A DNA stretch of 61,393 nucleotides, counting the filler. It is 7 parts of 7 records of this genome, joined end to end, with 100 filler letters (N's around TTAATTAATTAA, not from the genome) between each part and the next. Parts side by side here need not be neighbours in the genome. Positions count along the whole stretch, not along the records: positions 35,040 to 39,178 come from SRR20825010_6759; positions 39,279 to 52,900 come from SRR20825010_6768; 5 more parts are not named here. The stretch is one strand, 5' to 3'. The position numbers were made by a program, and so were the translations under genes. How positions within the stretch are numbered: the stretch's first letter is position 1; every line of letters starts with the position of its first letter. This document shows positions 38,046 to 48,525 of the stretch, piece by piece. Under the pieces are notes generated by a model. That model made no database searches. It worked only from the letters and a program-made list of their open reading frames with translations, and was not told the origin of the DNA.

Positions 38046-38528
38046 ATGATGCGAAAATCAAATCTACTGGTGGTCACGGCTGTGGCGCTGGCGCTTGCTC
38101 TCGCGGGCTGCGCGGATGCCCAGAATAACCCAAAAACAACCGGTGGCGCGATAATCGGCGGTATCGGCGGTGCGTTGCTCGGCTCCATGTTCGGTAAGGG
38201 CAAGGGGCAGCTTGTGGCCGTCGGCCTTGGCACGCTGGCCGGTGCGATGGTTGGCAGTGAAGTTGGCAAGACGCTCGACGCAGCGGATCGTGCACAGATT
38301 GACCGCGCTGAAAAACGGGCGACCACGGCGCCGATCGGCCAGACGATCAGCTGGAACAATCCAGACAGTGGCAATTCCGGGTCGATCACGCCGGTGCGTG
38401 ACGGCAATCATCTCGATGGTCGCTACTGCCGGGAGTTCCAGCAGACGATTGAAGTTGGCGGCAAGCTTGAAAAAGGCTATGGAACAGCCTGTCGGCAGCC
38501 TGACGGCTCCTGGCAGATCATGAATTAA
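38046..38528 (+). CDS. Glycine-zipper surface lipoprotein (Rickettsia 17-kDa antigen/RT0821 family)
   Basis: Lipobox LAGC, glycine zipper, WNNPDSGNSG, YCREFQQTI and GTACRQPDGSW. Confidence 0.9.
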   Translation: MMRKSNLLVVTAVALALALAGCADAQNNPKTTGGAIIGGIGGALLGSMFGKGKGQLVAVGLGTLAGAMVGSEVGKTLDAADRAQIDRAEKRATTAPIGQTISWNNPDSGNSGSITPVRDGNHLDGRYCREFQQTIEVGGKLEKGYGTACRQPDGSWQIMN

Positions 38529-38588
38529 GGGGTAGAAGGCGGCTTCGGCCTCCCGGATATGTCGGGGCCGGACCGGACAACATTTTTA

Positions 38589-39178
38589 ATGGGACGAAAT
38601 AAGCTATTCGCGGTTGCCCTGACGGCGGCGTTGCTTGTCACCCTCGGGACAAGCCCGTCCGTCCGGGCGGGTTTCAACGAAGGTGTCGAGGCCTATGAGG
38701 CCGAAGACTATAAAACCGCGTTCAATGAATGGCTGCCGCTGGCGAAGAATAATGATCCGGCGGCAATGCGTAATATCGGCCATATGTACCGTCGCGGCCT
38801 CGGCATTCCGCAGGATTATGCCAAGGCGATGACATGGTACAAGCGGGCGGCGACCGTCGGGCTCGACCGGGCGCAGGCCAATGTCGCGGGCATGTATCTC
38901 GACGGCGAGGGGGTAGATCAGGATTACGCCCAGGCGGCAAACTGGTTTGCCCGCGCCGCGCAGCAGGGACATGTGGTCTCCCAGTATAATCTTGCCCTGC
39001 TTCTGGAAAATGGTCTCGGCGTGGAACGCAATGACGAGCGGGCGCTCGGCTGGTTTGCCCTGGCCGCGAAGGCGGGCCATCCACAGGCGACGAAAAAAGC
39101 GGCGGAACTGGCGGCGCGCATCAAGAGCCAGCCCGACAATGGGGAAACGGTCGGCGCGGGCGGACCTCTGATCAAGTC
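38589..39178 (+). CDS. Secreted Sel1-like repeat protein (3' truncated)
   Basis: Signal peptide followed by AMRNIGHMYRRGLGIPQDY-type Sel1 repeats. Confidence 0.88.
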
Positions 39179-39278
39179 NNNNNNNNNNNNNNNNNNNNNN
39201 NNNNNNNNNNNNNNNNNNNNNNTTAATTAATTAANNNNNNNNNNNNNNNNNNNNNNNNNNNNNNNNNNNNNNNNNNNN
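39179..39278. other. Artificial contig junction
   Basis: N spacer with ttaattaattaa. Confidence 0.98.
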
Positions 39279-39410
39279 CCAACCTCCTTCTCCAAGGAGG
39301 AGTGTTCGTACTAACATTCATGCGGCATAATCCTTAGATACGCCATCTAATGGGGAATCAATGGAGTATAAACTAGCCTTGATCTGGAACAGGCTTTTGC
39401 TCAGTCCAAA

Positions 39411-40145
39411 TTAATCCGTAAAATGAAAATAGATAGAGAAGTTGTGTGTGGTAATTTGACCTATGCCGTTCGAGTAGAAGTTGTTTGAGGGGTTTAGCAC
39501 ATTCGTCAAGCCTCTGGAGTATCTGATTTCAGGTTCAAGCTTGAAAAACTCAAAGTAGTTCTCGAAACCAAAGCCAATCTCGGCTTTCAAGTTTCCTTTC
39601 CTTATCTCAAGTTTATCCACACCACCTATATCTTCGGCTTTGCCCGAACGCATAGATGCACTTACGCCTGCAATCACATACATTCTAAGATTATCGCGTC
39701 TGATAGATCGGTATTTCAGAAATATGCCAGGTTCTATTCGCGTGCTTTCAATCAACTGCTCATCTACAGTGCCATCAGTCATATTGTATTGCACCATTTG
39801 TTGATACAGACCAATTTTCACAGGAACCAACCTCAAAATCAGTTGATCATCAAGCCTAAAGTTGACCATAAAGCCCAAATTGAATCCTGAATTTTGCTTA
39901 GCAACAATAGAAGTTACATTATCATAATCAGGCCCTTCGAAGGCATCGGAGTATTTTATACCGTAGTAGTTTTGGTGATAGCCCAAAAAGAAACCATAGT
40001 TTACTTTCTTAGCATCACTGCCAATGCGGTTCAGCTTTACAGGTGCTCTTTGTCCCAGCGCTACATTACAAATGAATAATGCTAAACAGAAAACTATTTT
40101 TGACCGATATAAATTGAGCTTATACCAAAAGTTAGTGGCTTGCAT
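39411..40145 (-). CDS. porT: PorT/SprT-family outer-membrane beta-barrel (type IX secretion)
   Basis: YGFFLG, GFNLGF and [15 protein letters not shown]; lies directly downstream of menG/ubiE as is common in Bacteroidota. Confidence 0.75.
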   Translation of the reverse strand: MQATNFWYKLNLYRSKIVFCLALFICNVALGQRAPVKLNRIGSDAKKVNYGFFLGYHQNYYGIKYSDAFEGPDYDNVTSIVAKQNSGFNLGFMVNFRLDDQLILRLVPVKIGLYQQMVQYNMTDGTVDEQLIESTRIEPGIFLKYRSIRRDNLRMYVIAGVSASMRSGKAEDIGGVDKLEIRKGNLKAEIGFGFENYFEFFKLEPEIRYSRGLTNVLNPSNNFYSNGIGQITTHNFSIYFHFTD

Positions 40146-40816
40146 TCAGTTTTGTTAAATCCTACTTCCCCTAAAATATTCAAAAATCTTTCACCATCGG
40201 GAAAAGCAGCTACCGATTCTGGCAAATATGTATAAGCCGACTGATCTTTAGATACCATTTTTCCAATGACAGGTAATATCGACTTAAAATAAAAATTATA
40301 GAGCTGTTTCATTGGGAAAGTTCGTGGCTGCGAAAACTCTACAATCACTACCTTCCCTCCTGGCTTCAATACGCGGTGCATATCGCTCAAACCTTGCTTT
40401 AAGTTCTCGAAATTCCTTACGCCAAATGAAACGATCACGGCATCAAAGGTATTGTTCTCGAAGAGTAACTTCTCTGAATCGCCCATCTGCATATCGATGA
40501 TATGATCAAGGCCTTTTTTCTTCATTTTCTGCTTACCGATTTCCAGCATTCCCGCAGAAATATCGACCCCTACTATCCTGTCTGGGTTAAGGGCTAAAGC
40601 CTCGATGGCAAAATCTCCGGTTCCAGTGGCTATGTCCAGAATTTGTTTCGGCTGATGCGATTTTAGCATTCTAATGGCCTTTTTACGCCACAGAATATCT
40701 ATACCTAGGCTTAAAAAATGATTCAAGAAATCATACTTGTGGCTAATGTTATTGAACATTTCAGCCACTTGTTCTTTTTTACTCGCTTGGTTCTCTTTGT
40801 AAGGTACAACCGCCAT
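40094..40816 (-). CDS. menG: Demethylmenaquinone methyltransferase (UbiE/MenG)
   Basis: [27 protein letters not shown] and AYTYLPESV. Confidence 0.95.
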   Translation of the reverse strand: MAVVPYKENQASKKEQVAEMFNNISHKYDFLNHFLSLGIDILWRKKAIRMLKSHQPKQILDIATGTGDFAIEALALNPDRIVGVDISAGMLEIGKQKMKKKGLDHIIDMQMGDSEKLLFENNTFDAVIVSFGVRNFENLKQGLSDMHRVLKPGGKVVIVEFSQPRTFPMKQLYNFYFKSILPVIGKMVSKDQSAYTYLPESVAAFPDGERFLNILGEVGFNKTECKPLTFGISSIYIGQK

Positions 40817-41145
40817 TTTTTCGAATTTGGGTGCAATAATACGAAGGAAACAGGGGGGATAAGAGTTTTGTTGCGATTAATTGCGGTGAAAATCGTGTGT
40901 GATCGCAGATTTCTAAGAATTACGAGATGGATCAAGGAAAGTAGGTCTTCGATGCTCGTTGCTGAAGAACAGCAAAAAGGGCAAATAATAAGGTTAAAAA
41001 CATCTTCATCAAGAAGGCTGTTTGTTCTAATAACTTTTCAATAAATTACATGAAATATCAGTGTGACAAATTGGCGTTTATAGAACGCTGTAGACAATTG
41101 TACGCATTAAAAATTCACAAAAATTTTTAAGCAAACATTTAAAAA

Positions 41146-42348
41146 ATGAATGATAAACCGACATACGAAGCGTTGGAAAATCAGGTTGCTGAACTCAAAA
41201 AGCAAAATGAAGCGCTTCGATTACATACTTCATCTCAGAGCGAAGTAGAAACAAAAGAAAGTCAGGAATACATTAACGCCATCCTTAATAATATGGGTGA
41301 TGCGGTATTTGTAAAAAACGATCAAAGCGAGTTAATCTTGGTAAATGATGCTTTTTGTGAACTATTCAGACTTTCAAGGGATGAGATAATAGGTAAAACG
41401 CTGGCCGAAAACGTTCCTCATGATGAACGAGAGAGTTTTATAAAGATTGACAAGGAGGTACTTTCTAATGGAGTTGAAAATATAAATGAGGAACCGCTTA
41501 CGGTAGTTGCAGGCCAAACACTTATAATCTCCACTAGGAAATCACGGTTTATTGATGCGAATGGAAATAAATTTATTGTTGGAGTAATTCGTGACATTTC
41601 CGAGCATAAAAAAGCAGAATTAGCATTAAAGGAAAATGAAGCCCGACTAAGGGCTCTGAATACCACAAAGGATAAATTATTCTCCATTATAGCGCATGAT
41701 TTAAGAGGTCCATTTTATAATATTATAGGCATTTCTGGGCTACTTGTTAATGAGGTAAAGAGTGCTGAGAATCCAGCATCTCAAAAATCTATTGATATGA
41801 TCAATTCAATAGCCAAAAACACATTATCATTACTTGATAACTTATTGAATTGGGCAAGATCGCAAACAGGAGAACTTCATTTAGTGCCCGAAAAAATCAT
41901 TTTACCCGTTCTTATTCATGAAATAATTGAGCTCAATAAGCCGGTTGCGAGGGCCAAAGGTATTACACTGAATTATAGCCTAACAGATGACATCGAGTTA
42001 AATACTGATGAAAATATTTTAAGAACTGTTTTACGAAACCTTATCTCCAATGCTATAAAATTCACACCCTTAGGGGGTAATATCAATGTTTCAGCACACC
42101 TCAAAAATTATCAGGTTGAAGTTGCTGTGGCTGACAATGGCATTGGCATGGACAAAGAGACATTGAATAAACTTTTCAACCTTTCAACCAGCGCAACATT
42201 GCTAGGAACTGAGCAAGAGAAAGGTTCTGGTTTAGGTTTAGTGCTCTGCAAAGAGTTTGTGAAAAAACTTAATGGGAATATTTGGGTTGAAAGTGAAGAA
42301 GGAAAGGGAAGCACTTTCACATTTACGTTACCACTGAGCGCTTCATAA
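41146..42348 (+). CDS. Cytoplasmic PAS-domain sensor histidine kinase
   Basis: PAS (GDAVFVK..VNDAFCE..RDISEHK), H box AHDLRGP, N box NLISNAIKF, and G boxes DNGIG and GSGLGL. Confidence 0.93.
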   Translation: MNDKPTYEALENQVAELKKQNEALRLHTSSQSEVETKESQEYINAILNNMGDAVFVKNDQSELILVNDAFCELFRLSRDEIIGKTLAENVPHDERESFIKIDKEVLSNGVENINEEPLTVVAGQTLIISTRKSRFIDANGNKFIVGVIRDISEHKKAELALKENEARLRALNTTKDKLFSIIAHDLRGPFYNIIGISGLLVNEVKSAENPASQKSIDMINSIAKNTLSLLDNLLNWARSQTGELHLVPEKIILPVLIHEIIELNKPVARAKGITLNYSLTDDIELNTDENILRTVLRNLISNAIKFTPLGGNINVSAHLKNYQVEVAVADNGIGMDKETLNKLFNLSTSATLLGTEQEKGSGLGLVLCKEFVKKLNGNIWVESEEGKGSTFTFTLPLSAS

Positions 42349-42409
42349 CAAAAGTGATCTCGTCCACTATTGGTATCCATTGACTAATGAATAAAAACTT
42401 GTACCAGAA

Positions 42410-42832
42410 ATGAGTAACAAAAGAAATGAATTAGAGATTCAGTTTTTAGACCACGTGGCTATTCGTGTAAGGGACTTAAACCAATCTGTTGAATGGTATC
42501 AGAAAGTACTTAATCTAAGGAAATGCCAATTACCGGAATGGGGAGAGTCTCCAATTTTTATGCTTTCAGGGAAGTCAGGGATAGCTTTATTCCCAGCAAA
42601 GATCACAGACCCACAGCTTGACATGGCATCAAAGAATGTAAAAATAGACCACTTTGCCTTCAATGTCACCAATGAGAATTTTGAGAAGGCAAAAAGGAAA
42701 TATGCAGCATTGAACCTAGAATTCAGTATTCAAGACCATCATTATTTTCATTCTATTTATACAAAAGATCCTGATGGGCATACCGTTGAATTAACTACAA
42801 TGGTAACAGCCGAAGATAAATTCTATCGGTAA
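42410..42832 (+). CDS. VOC/glyoxalase family protein
   Basis: LDHVAIRV, IDHFAF and YTKDPDGHTVEL. Confidence 0.92.
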   Translation: MSNKRNELEIQFLDHVAIRVRDLNQSVEWYQKVLNLRKCQLPEWGESPIFMLSGKSGIALFPAKITDPQLDMASKNVKIDHFAFNVTNENFEKAKRKYAALNLEFSIQDHHYFHSIYTKDPDGHTVELTTMVTAEDKFYR

Positions 42833-42904
42833 AAACTCGCGACTTTACTTCCCCAGCCTTTAAAACGGTAAGAGTATTCTTTATTTCTCGTTATTTTTTC
42901 TACC

Positions 42905-43202
42905 CCTGTTGGTGTTCTTGAGGCTGACCGAGAACTCGAAGCAGAAATTTTGTTACCAAATAAAATTTGGTACTCCAAGGTCTAAGCCCCATCTATTCCG
43001 AAGCTTCGGAATTCCCCCAAGGGGAAGACTTTTGCCTCAGAGCGCAATTTAAAGCTCTGAATTAAAATTAACTGATGCTCAAGGTCCCTCCATGGAGGTT
43101 CCGAGGCTTCGGAATAGGGAGGCCTAAGAGTCAAAGCCAAATATTATTCTGATATTTAATTTGACTAAAACATTCTCGGTCAGCCTCTTCTTCACCTACA
43201 GG
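42905..43202. repeat. ~300-nt nested inverted-repeat (foldback/MITE- or REP-like) element
   Basis: Arms 42905-42934/43173-43202, 42959-42970/43137-43148, 42993-43011/43099-43117 and 43037-43043/43054-43060 are mutually reverse-complementary. Confidence 0.75.
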
Positions 43203-43429
43203 CTATTCAGTTGAACTTATCTCTTTATATCCTTCGTGCCTCGGCAAAAGAAATCAGGCATTTGATTTTAAATGGACATTAAAGCAGAATCGCTACCGCT
43301 ATTGATGTTCTTCATCTTTAATAAAATTCATATAAACCTTATAGTCTGTTGTTTGTACACTCCTTTTCATCCTGAGTGGCACCATGTTCTCAGCAGCTTT
43401 AGCGGATGAGAAACGAAGGAACTAGAAGC

Positions 43430-43635
43430 TATCTCGCCCTTTCAGGGCTTAATTACCTTAATACTAAATTAGGAATGGGCTGCACCCATTCCTATGATAT
43501 TCTGCCCCGTTGCGGCTTGGCCTTCAAACAACAATCGTAGCGCTTTGCCCTGAAAGAGCTCAATATCAAAACGAAGGATGCAACCCTTCAGAATCCAAAA
43601 CCATAGAATCAGGAAAGCCCTGAAAGGGCGATATA
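43430..43635. repeat. REP-like cluster (GCCCTGAAAGGGC family)
   Basis: 21-nt inverted pair 43430-43450/43615-43635 (one mismatch), an internal degenerate copy at 43547-43559 and a hairpin at 43470-43494. Confidence 0.75.
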
Positions 43636-43720
43636 TCCCCCTCAGACAAAAAAAACGGAAGACTCTCACCCTCCGCTTAACTACCTGACATATTCAATCG
43701 CCCAGAAAGGCTGAATATAA

Positions 43721-44527
43721 TTACTTCAAGGTACTCTTATTATAGTACTCCATTGCCTTTGGCAAGGCAGCATTCAATCTTTCAATCCTAGTTTCATGGC
43801 TTGGGTGCGTAGAAAGAAACTCCGGTGGTGCTTGACCACTACTTCCTTCCGACATTCTTTCCCAGAACTTAGGCGCTTCACTCGGATTGTAACCAGCGAT
43901 CGCCATAAAAGTCAAGCCCAATTCATCCGCTTCTGACTCATGCGTTCTCGAAAATTTCAAAAGCCCAATATCCGTTCCAAGCCCTACTGCCTGAAAAACC
44001 ATTTGCTGCGCCAAAGTAGGGTCTTGACCCAAAGCAACAGCACCAATACTTAAGCCTACTTGCTTGGCATACATTTGATTCATTCGCTCCTGACCGTGCT
44101 TAGCAACTGCATGCGCCACTTCGTGCCCCATTACTACGGCAACACCCAAATCATCTTTACAAATAGGGAGGATTCCAGTATAGAAAGCCACTTTACCTCC
44201 TGGCATTGCCCAAGCATTCACTTGATCACTTTCTATAAGGTTGAACTCCCAATCGAAACCATCTAAAAGTCCCTCATAACCATTGTTATCCATGTATTGC
44301 TCTACGGCCTTTTGAATTCTGGTACCCACACGTTTAATCATGGTCACTTGCTCTTGATTATCCGAAAGCTTGACGGAATCCATAACTTCCTTATAAGCAT
44401 CAGCACTCATTGCAATCACTTCATCACTACCTACCACTCCTGTAAGTTGTCTTCTGCCCGTAATTGGCACAGTAGTACACCCGATCACTAAGGTTACTAT
44501 AAAACTAAGTGCTATTAATTTTCTCAT
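43721..44527 (-). CDS. M48 family metallopeptidase lipoprotein
   Basis: Lipobox VIGC, NAWAMPGGK, HEVAH, SRTHESEAD and FLSTHPS. Confidence 0.93.
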   Translation of the reverse strand: MRKLIALSFIVTLVIGCTTVPITGRRQLTGVVGSDEVIAMSADAYKEVMDSVKLSDNQEQVTMIKRVGTRIQKAVEQYMDNNGYEGLLDGFDWEFNLIESDQVNAWAMPGGKVAFYTGILPICKDDLGVAVVMGHEVAHAVAKHGQERMNQMYAKQVGLSIGAVALGQDPTLAQQMVFQAVGLGTDIGLLKFSRTHESEADELGLTFMAIAGYNPSEAPKFWERMSEGSSGQAPPEFLSTHPSHETRIERLNAALPKAMEYYNKSTLK

Positions 44528-44645
44528 CACTAAAAATTCTCTACTATTAAAAATGTATCCCCCTGAATAACAAGGTCTATTGTTATATTCCTTCGTTTCA
44601 CAAAAATGATCATAAATGACAGGTTGTCAAATCAGATCGAAATTT

Positions 44646-44653
44646 TAATTTTG
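44646..44653 (+). promoter_or_regulatory. Bacteroidota sigma-A -7 element (TAnnTTTG)
   Basis: TAATTTTG about 50 nt upstream of the FAH start. Confidence 0.5.
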
Positions 44654-44700
44654 TGCTGAGGTTGCCTTTTTGTTATTCAACCCTAACTAAACTTATCCGA

Positions 44701-45309
44701 ATGAAGATTGTTGCCATTGGCCGTAATTATGCAGAGCATATTGCTGAATTAAACAATGAACGCCCGACAGAACCTGTGGTATTTCTAAAGCCCGATACGG
44801 CTGTATTAAGAAATAACGCCCCTTTCTATCACCCTGATTTCTCAAACGATGTTCATTTTGAAGTAGAAATACTTTTAAAAATAAGTAGAGAAGGGAAACA
44901 CATCGAGAAGAAATTCGCCCATAAATACTATGATGAAATTGGCGTGGGAATTGATTTCACCGCCAGAGATGTTCAACAGCGCTGCAAAGAAAAAGGACTA
45001 CCTTGGGAAAAAGCCAAGGCTTTTAATGGCTCAGCCCCTATTTCTGAATTTGTGAGCAAAGACAAGTTTGATTTGAATAACATCAACTTTAGCTTGCAAC
45101 AAAATGGCGAAGTAAAACAAGACGGAAATACGAGTATGATGCTTTTCAGTTTTGATGACATCATTGAGCATATTTCGAAATACTTTACGTTGAAGAAGGG
45201 AGACATCATTTTTACCGGTACACCCGCGGGCGTGGGTAAAACGGTGATTGGCGACACACTTACTGCTTATATTGAGAATGAGAAAATGTTGGAAGTTGAG
45301 GTTAAGTAG
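44701..45309 (+). CDS. Fumarylacetoacetate hydrolase family protein
   Basis: MKIVAIGRNYAEH, VHFEVE, DFTARD and GDIIFTGTPAGVG. Confidence 0.93.
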   Translation: MKIVAIGRNYAEHIAELNNERPTEPVVFLKPDTAVLRNNAPFYHPDFSNDVHFEVEILLKISREGKHIEKKFAHKYYDEIGVGIDFTARDVQQRCKEKGLPWEKAKAFNGSAPISEFVSKDKFDLNNINFSLQQNGEVKQDGNTSMMLFSFDDIIEHISKYFTLKKGDIIFTGTPAGVGKTVIGDTLTAYIENEKMLEVEVK

Positions 45310-47191
45310 ATTTTATTTTATTCCCTTTTTGTTTATCACCTTTTCGGCCTTTGCTCAATACAGCAAGATTGAAAAAAGCTATTATCAATTTCCCATCCAG
45401 CCAGAACGTACCAATTATTTGGCGGGAAATATGGGAGAACTGCGTGCCTCGCATTTTCATGCTGGACTTGATATTAAAACCAATGGCGTAGAAGGGTTGG
45501 ATGTTTATGCAGCTGCCGAGGGTTATGTGAGCCGCATTGCAGTATCCACAGGCGGTTATGGTAATGCTGTTTACGTTGTTCATCCCAATGGCACCACCAC
45601 GGTATATGCTCACTTACAACGCTTTAATAAGGAACTTGCCAAATACGTGCTTGAAAGTCAGTACAAGCAGAAGTCTTTCGGAGTAAACCTATTTCCTGAC
45701 CGAGGTAGATTTAAATTGAAAAAAGGTGAAGTATTAGGTTATTCAGGAAACTCAGGGTCATCTACAGGTCCACACCTTCATTTCGAAATCAGAGATGCCA
45801 ATCAAGAGGTACTTGATCCGCTTCGAATTGGCTTTACAGAGATCAATGATAAAATCGCACCTATTGCTGAAAGAATTGCCTTGAAAACCATGGACATCAA
45901 CTCTAGGGTAAATGGGCAGTTTGGTAGATTCGAATTCAACCTAGTAAAGCGAGGAAACGAATATGTGATCACTGACACCATTCGCGCAGCCGGTAAAATT
46001 GGTTTTGAAATTTGGGCACACGACAAACTGGATGGAGCGGCCAATAAAAACGGAGTACCAGAAATTGATGTGTATCAAAACCGAGATTTGCTCTTCAGTC
46101 AGAGAATCGATTCTGTCAACTTCTCCTTACAGTACAATATAAAGTCGCTTACCAATTACCAAGCAGAACAAGAGACAAGAAGGCGCTATAATAAGCTCTA
46201 TATTGACGATGGCAACGGTTTGGGCTTCTATAATGACATGAAAGAGCGAGGCTTCTTTTATCCACAACCGGATTCTATTTACCTTTTTCAAATTCTGATG
46301 GCCGATGCATATGGCAACCAACGCAGGGTTTCATTCAATGTAAAAGGTGTAAAGGTCTCTACTACCGCACTCGCGCAAGTAGACCGCAGAGATTACTCCT
46401 ATTTATTAGATAACACGCTTCAAATCAACAGAAAAAGGAAAGGTGACCTGAACAATATTACAGTTTATACCCAACAAGGTTCACACATATTAGAACCAGC
46501 CTATTCAGACGGTGAGGAAAACGTATACTTGGTGGACTTAAATAGAGGCCTTCCAAAAACAATTGACTACGGAGATGATCAAGAAGAAATGGAATTCATG
46601 GATATGATACCTTCCGAAAAGGAACATTCCTACCTGTCTAATTCTTTTTCGGCTGCTTTCGGAAAAAACACTTTGTTCGATACGCTGTACTTAAAGGCAA
46701 GGCACTACATCGATGATGAGAAGAAGATTGAAATATTGCAGATTGGTGATGAGGTTTCGGCTTTAAGGGGAATTGTTGAAATAGAGCTTGTTCCGCTGTT
46801 GCAGTATGATTCTATAGATCAATTTATGGCCTATGCATTAAGCAGTAATGGAAACGCAAGCTATGTAGGCGGCACATGGAATGAAGGAAAAATCAGGTTC
46901 GCCATTTCATCTTTCGGCAATTTTACGCTGAAGAAAGACACCATTCCTCCGAGTATAAAGCAACGTACTTCAAATAATGGCATCCTCTATTTCAATATTG
47001 ACGATGAACTTTCAGGCATTAAAGATTACGAGGCTACTATTAACGGAGAATGGCTTTTGATGCACTACGACACCAAAAGAAAATTAATTTGGTCAGAAAC
47101 TTTAGATAAGAGTAAACCATTGAAGGGAGATTTTGCTTTAACAGTAACAGATTACGCTGGAAATAAGAAAACCCTAACATTAAAACTTTAA
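45296..47191 (+). CDS. M23 family metallopeptidase, secreted
   Basis: HFHAGLD, YAHL and GPHLHFEIR; signal peptide after a probable TTG start at 45296 (start uncertain). Confidence 0.88.
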   Translation: MRLSRFYFIPFLFITFSAFAQYSKIEKSYYQFPIQPERTNYLAGNMGELRASHFHAGLDIKTNGVEGLDVYAAAEGYVSRIAVSTGGYGNAVYVVHPNGTTTVYAHLQRFNKELAKYVLESQYKQKSFGVNLFPDRGRFKLKKGEVLGYSGNSGSSTGPHLHFEIRDANQEVLDPLRIGFTEINDKIAPIAERIALKTMDINSRVNGQFGRFEFNLVKRGNEYVITDTIRAAGKIGFEIWAHDKLDGAANKNGVPEIDVYQNRDLLFSQRIDSVNFSLQYNIKSLTNYQAEQETRRRYNKLYIDDGNGLGFYNDMKERGFFYPQPDSIYLFQILMADAYGNQRRVSFNVKGVKVSTTALAQVDRRDYSYLLDNTLQINRKRKGDLNNITVYTQQGSHILEPAYSDGEENVYLVDLNRGLPKTIDYGDDQEEMEFMDMIPSEKEHSYLSNSFSAAFGKNTLFDTLYLKARHYIDDEKKIEILQIGDEVSALRGIVEIELVPLLQYDSIDQFMAYALSSNGNASYVGGTWNEGKIRFAISSFGNFTLKKDTIPPSIKQRTSNNGILYFNIDDELSGIKDYEATINGEWLLMHYDTKRKLIWSETLDKSKPLKGDFALTVTDYAGNKKTLTLKL

Positions 47192-47193
47192 TT

Positions 47194-47643
47194 ATGGCAT
47201 TACAAGCAGGCGATAAAGCCCCAAAATTTGAAGGAATCGATCAAGACAGTAACCCAATTAAGCTTTCGGACTTTGCTGGAAAGAAATTAGCCTTATTTTT
47301 CTACCCAAAAGACAATACTCCCGGCTGCACCGCAGAAGCATGCAACCTGAGAGATAATTATAATGCCCTTTTAGAGGCTGGATACGCGATTGTTGGTATT
47401 AGTTCCGATTCAGCAAAGAAGCATCAAAATTTTATTAATAAATTCGCACTACCATTTCCGTTAATTGCCGATGAAGACAAGAGTATTCATGAGCAGTTTG
47501 GAACATGGGTAGAGAAGTCGATGTATGGCAGAACTTATATGGGAACTGCCCGAACAACTTTTATAATTGATGAAAACGGAGTGATTGAAGAGGTGATTGC
47601 GAAAGTAAAAACCAAAGACCACACCGCTCAGATATTGAAATAA
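47194..47643 (+). CDS. bcp: Thioredoxin-dependent thiol peroxidase (Bcp)
   Basis: FYPKDNTPGCTAEAC and RTTFIID. Confidence 0.94.
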   Translation: MALQAGDKAPKFEGIDQDSNPIKLSDFAGKKLALFFYPKDNTPGCTAEACNLRDNYNALLEAGYAIVGISSDSAKKHQNFINKFALPFPLIADEDKSIHEQFGTWVEKSMYGRTYMGTARTTFIIDENGVIEEVIAKVKTKDHTAQILK

Positions 47644-47667
47644 TTTTTAACCAATCATTAATACAGC

Positions 47668-48516
47668 GTGAATAAACCTAGTATTGAAACCCTAGAGAAA
47701 ACAGCTTCTCAGGTAAGGCGTGACATTGTACGAATGGTACATGCCGTGAACTCTGGTCACCCAGGAGGCTCATTAGGATGCACCGATTTCCTTACTGCTT
47801 TGTACTTCAACATCATGGACATCAAAAAACCATTTGATCCAGATGGAAGAGATGAAGATATGTTCTTTTTATCGAACGGGCACATTTCTCCGGTTTGGTA
47901 CAGCATTTTGGCCCGCAGCGGTTACTTCCCTGTAGCCGAACTTGCCACTTTCAGAAAATTAGATTCTAGGCTTCAAGGCCACCCTGCTACCGAAGAAGGT
48001 TTACCCGGAATTCGTGTAGCATCAGGCTCATTAGGTCAAGGCCTTTCTGTAGCCTGTGGTGCTGCTCAAGCTAAAAAACTGAACAAAGACGACAAGCGTG
48101 TGTATGTTTTGATGGGCGATGGAGAACTTGACGAAGGTCAGGTATGGGAAGCGGCCATGTACGCTGCTCACTGCAAAATCGATAACCTTATTGCTACGGT
48201 AGATTACAACGGTCAGCAAATTGACGGCCCTACTTCTGAAGTAATGGACCTGATGGATTTGAAAGCCAAATGGCAAGCCTTTGGTTGGGACGTGATTGAA
48301 AGCGATGGTAACGACATGAAATCTGTGATCAATGCCATGAGCTTAGCGAAATCACTTTCTGGTAAAGGAAAACCAGTGGTGAACCTAATGAAAACCGAAA
48401 TGGGTGCTGGTGTAGACTTTATGATCGGTTCGCACAAATGGCATGGTGTAGCGCCAAACGATGAACAATTGGCTACCGCTTTGGCCCAGTTAGAAGAAAC
48501 CCTTGGAGACTATTAA
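47668..48516 (+). CDS. Transketolase, N-terminal (TPP-binding) subunit
   Basis: SGHPGGSLG, LSNGH, GSLGQG and GDGELDEG..N. Confidence 0.94.
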   Translation: MNKPSIETLEKTASQVRRDIVRMVHAVNSGHPGGSLGCTDFLTALYFNIMDIKKPFDPDGRDEDMFFLSNGHISPVWYSILARSGYFPVAELATFRKLDSRLQGHPATEEGLPGIRVASGSLGQGLSVACGAAQAKKLNKDDKRVYVLMGDGELDEGQVWEAAMYAAHCKIDNLIATVDYNGQQIDGPTSEVMDLMDLKAKWQAFGWDVIESDGNDMKSVINAMSLAKSLSGKGKPVVNLMKTEMGAGVDFMIGSHKWHGVAPNDEQLATALAQLEETLGDY

Positions 48517-48525
48517 TAAGCAGCA

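Noticed and set aside
39279-39321. Possible gene start MNVSTNTPPWRRRL on the minus strand at the contig edge
   Set aside because: Only 14 codons are visible, which is too little to assign
42840-43700. CRISPR array or tRNA/rRNA in the repeat-rich intergenic region
   Set aside because: The repeats are inverted and irregularly spaced, there are no identical direct repeats with spacers, no cas genes and no cloverleaf
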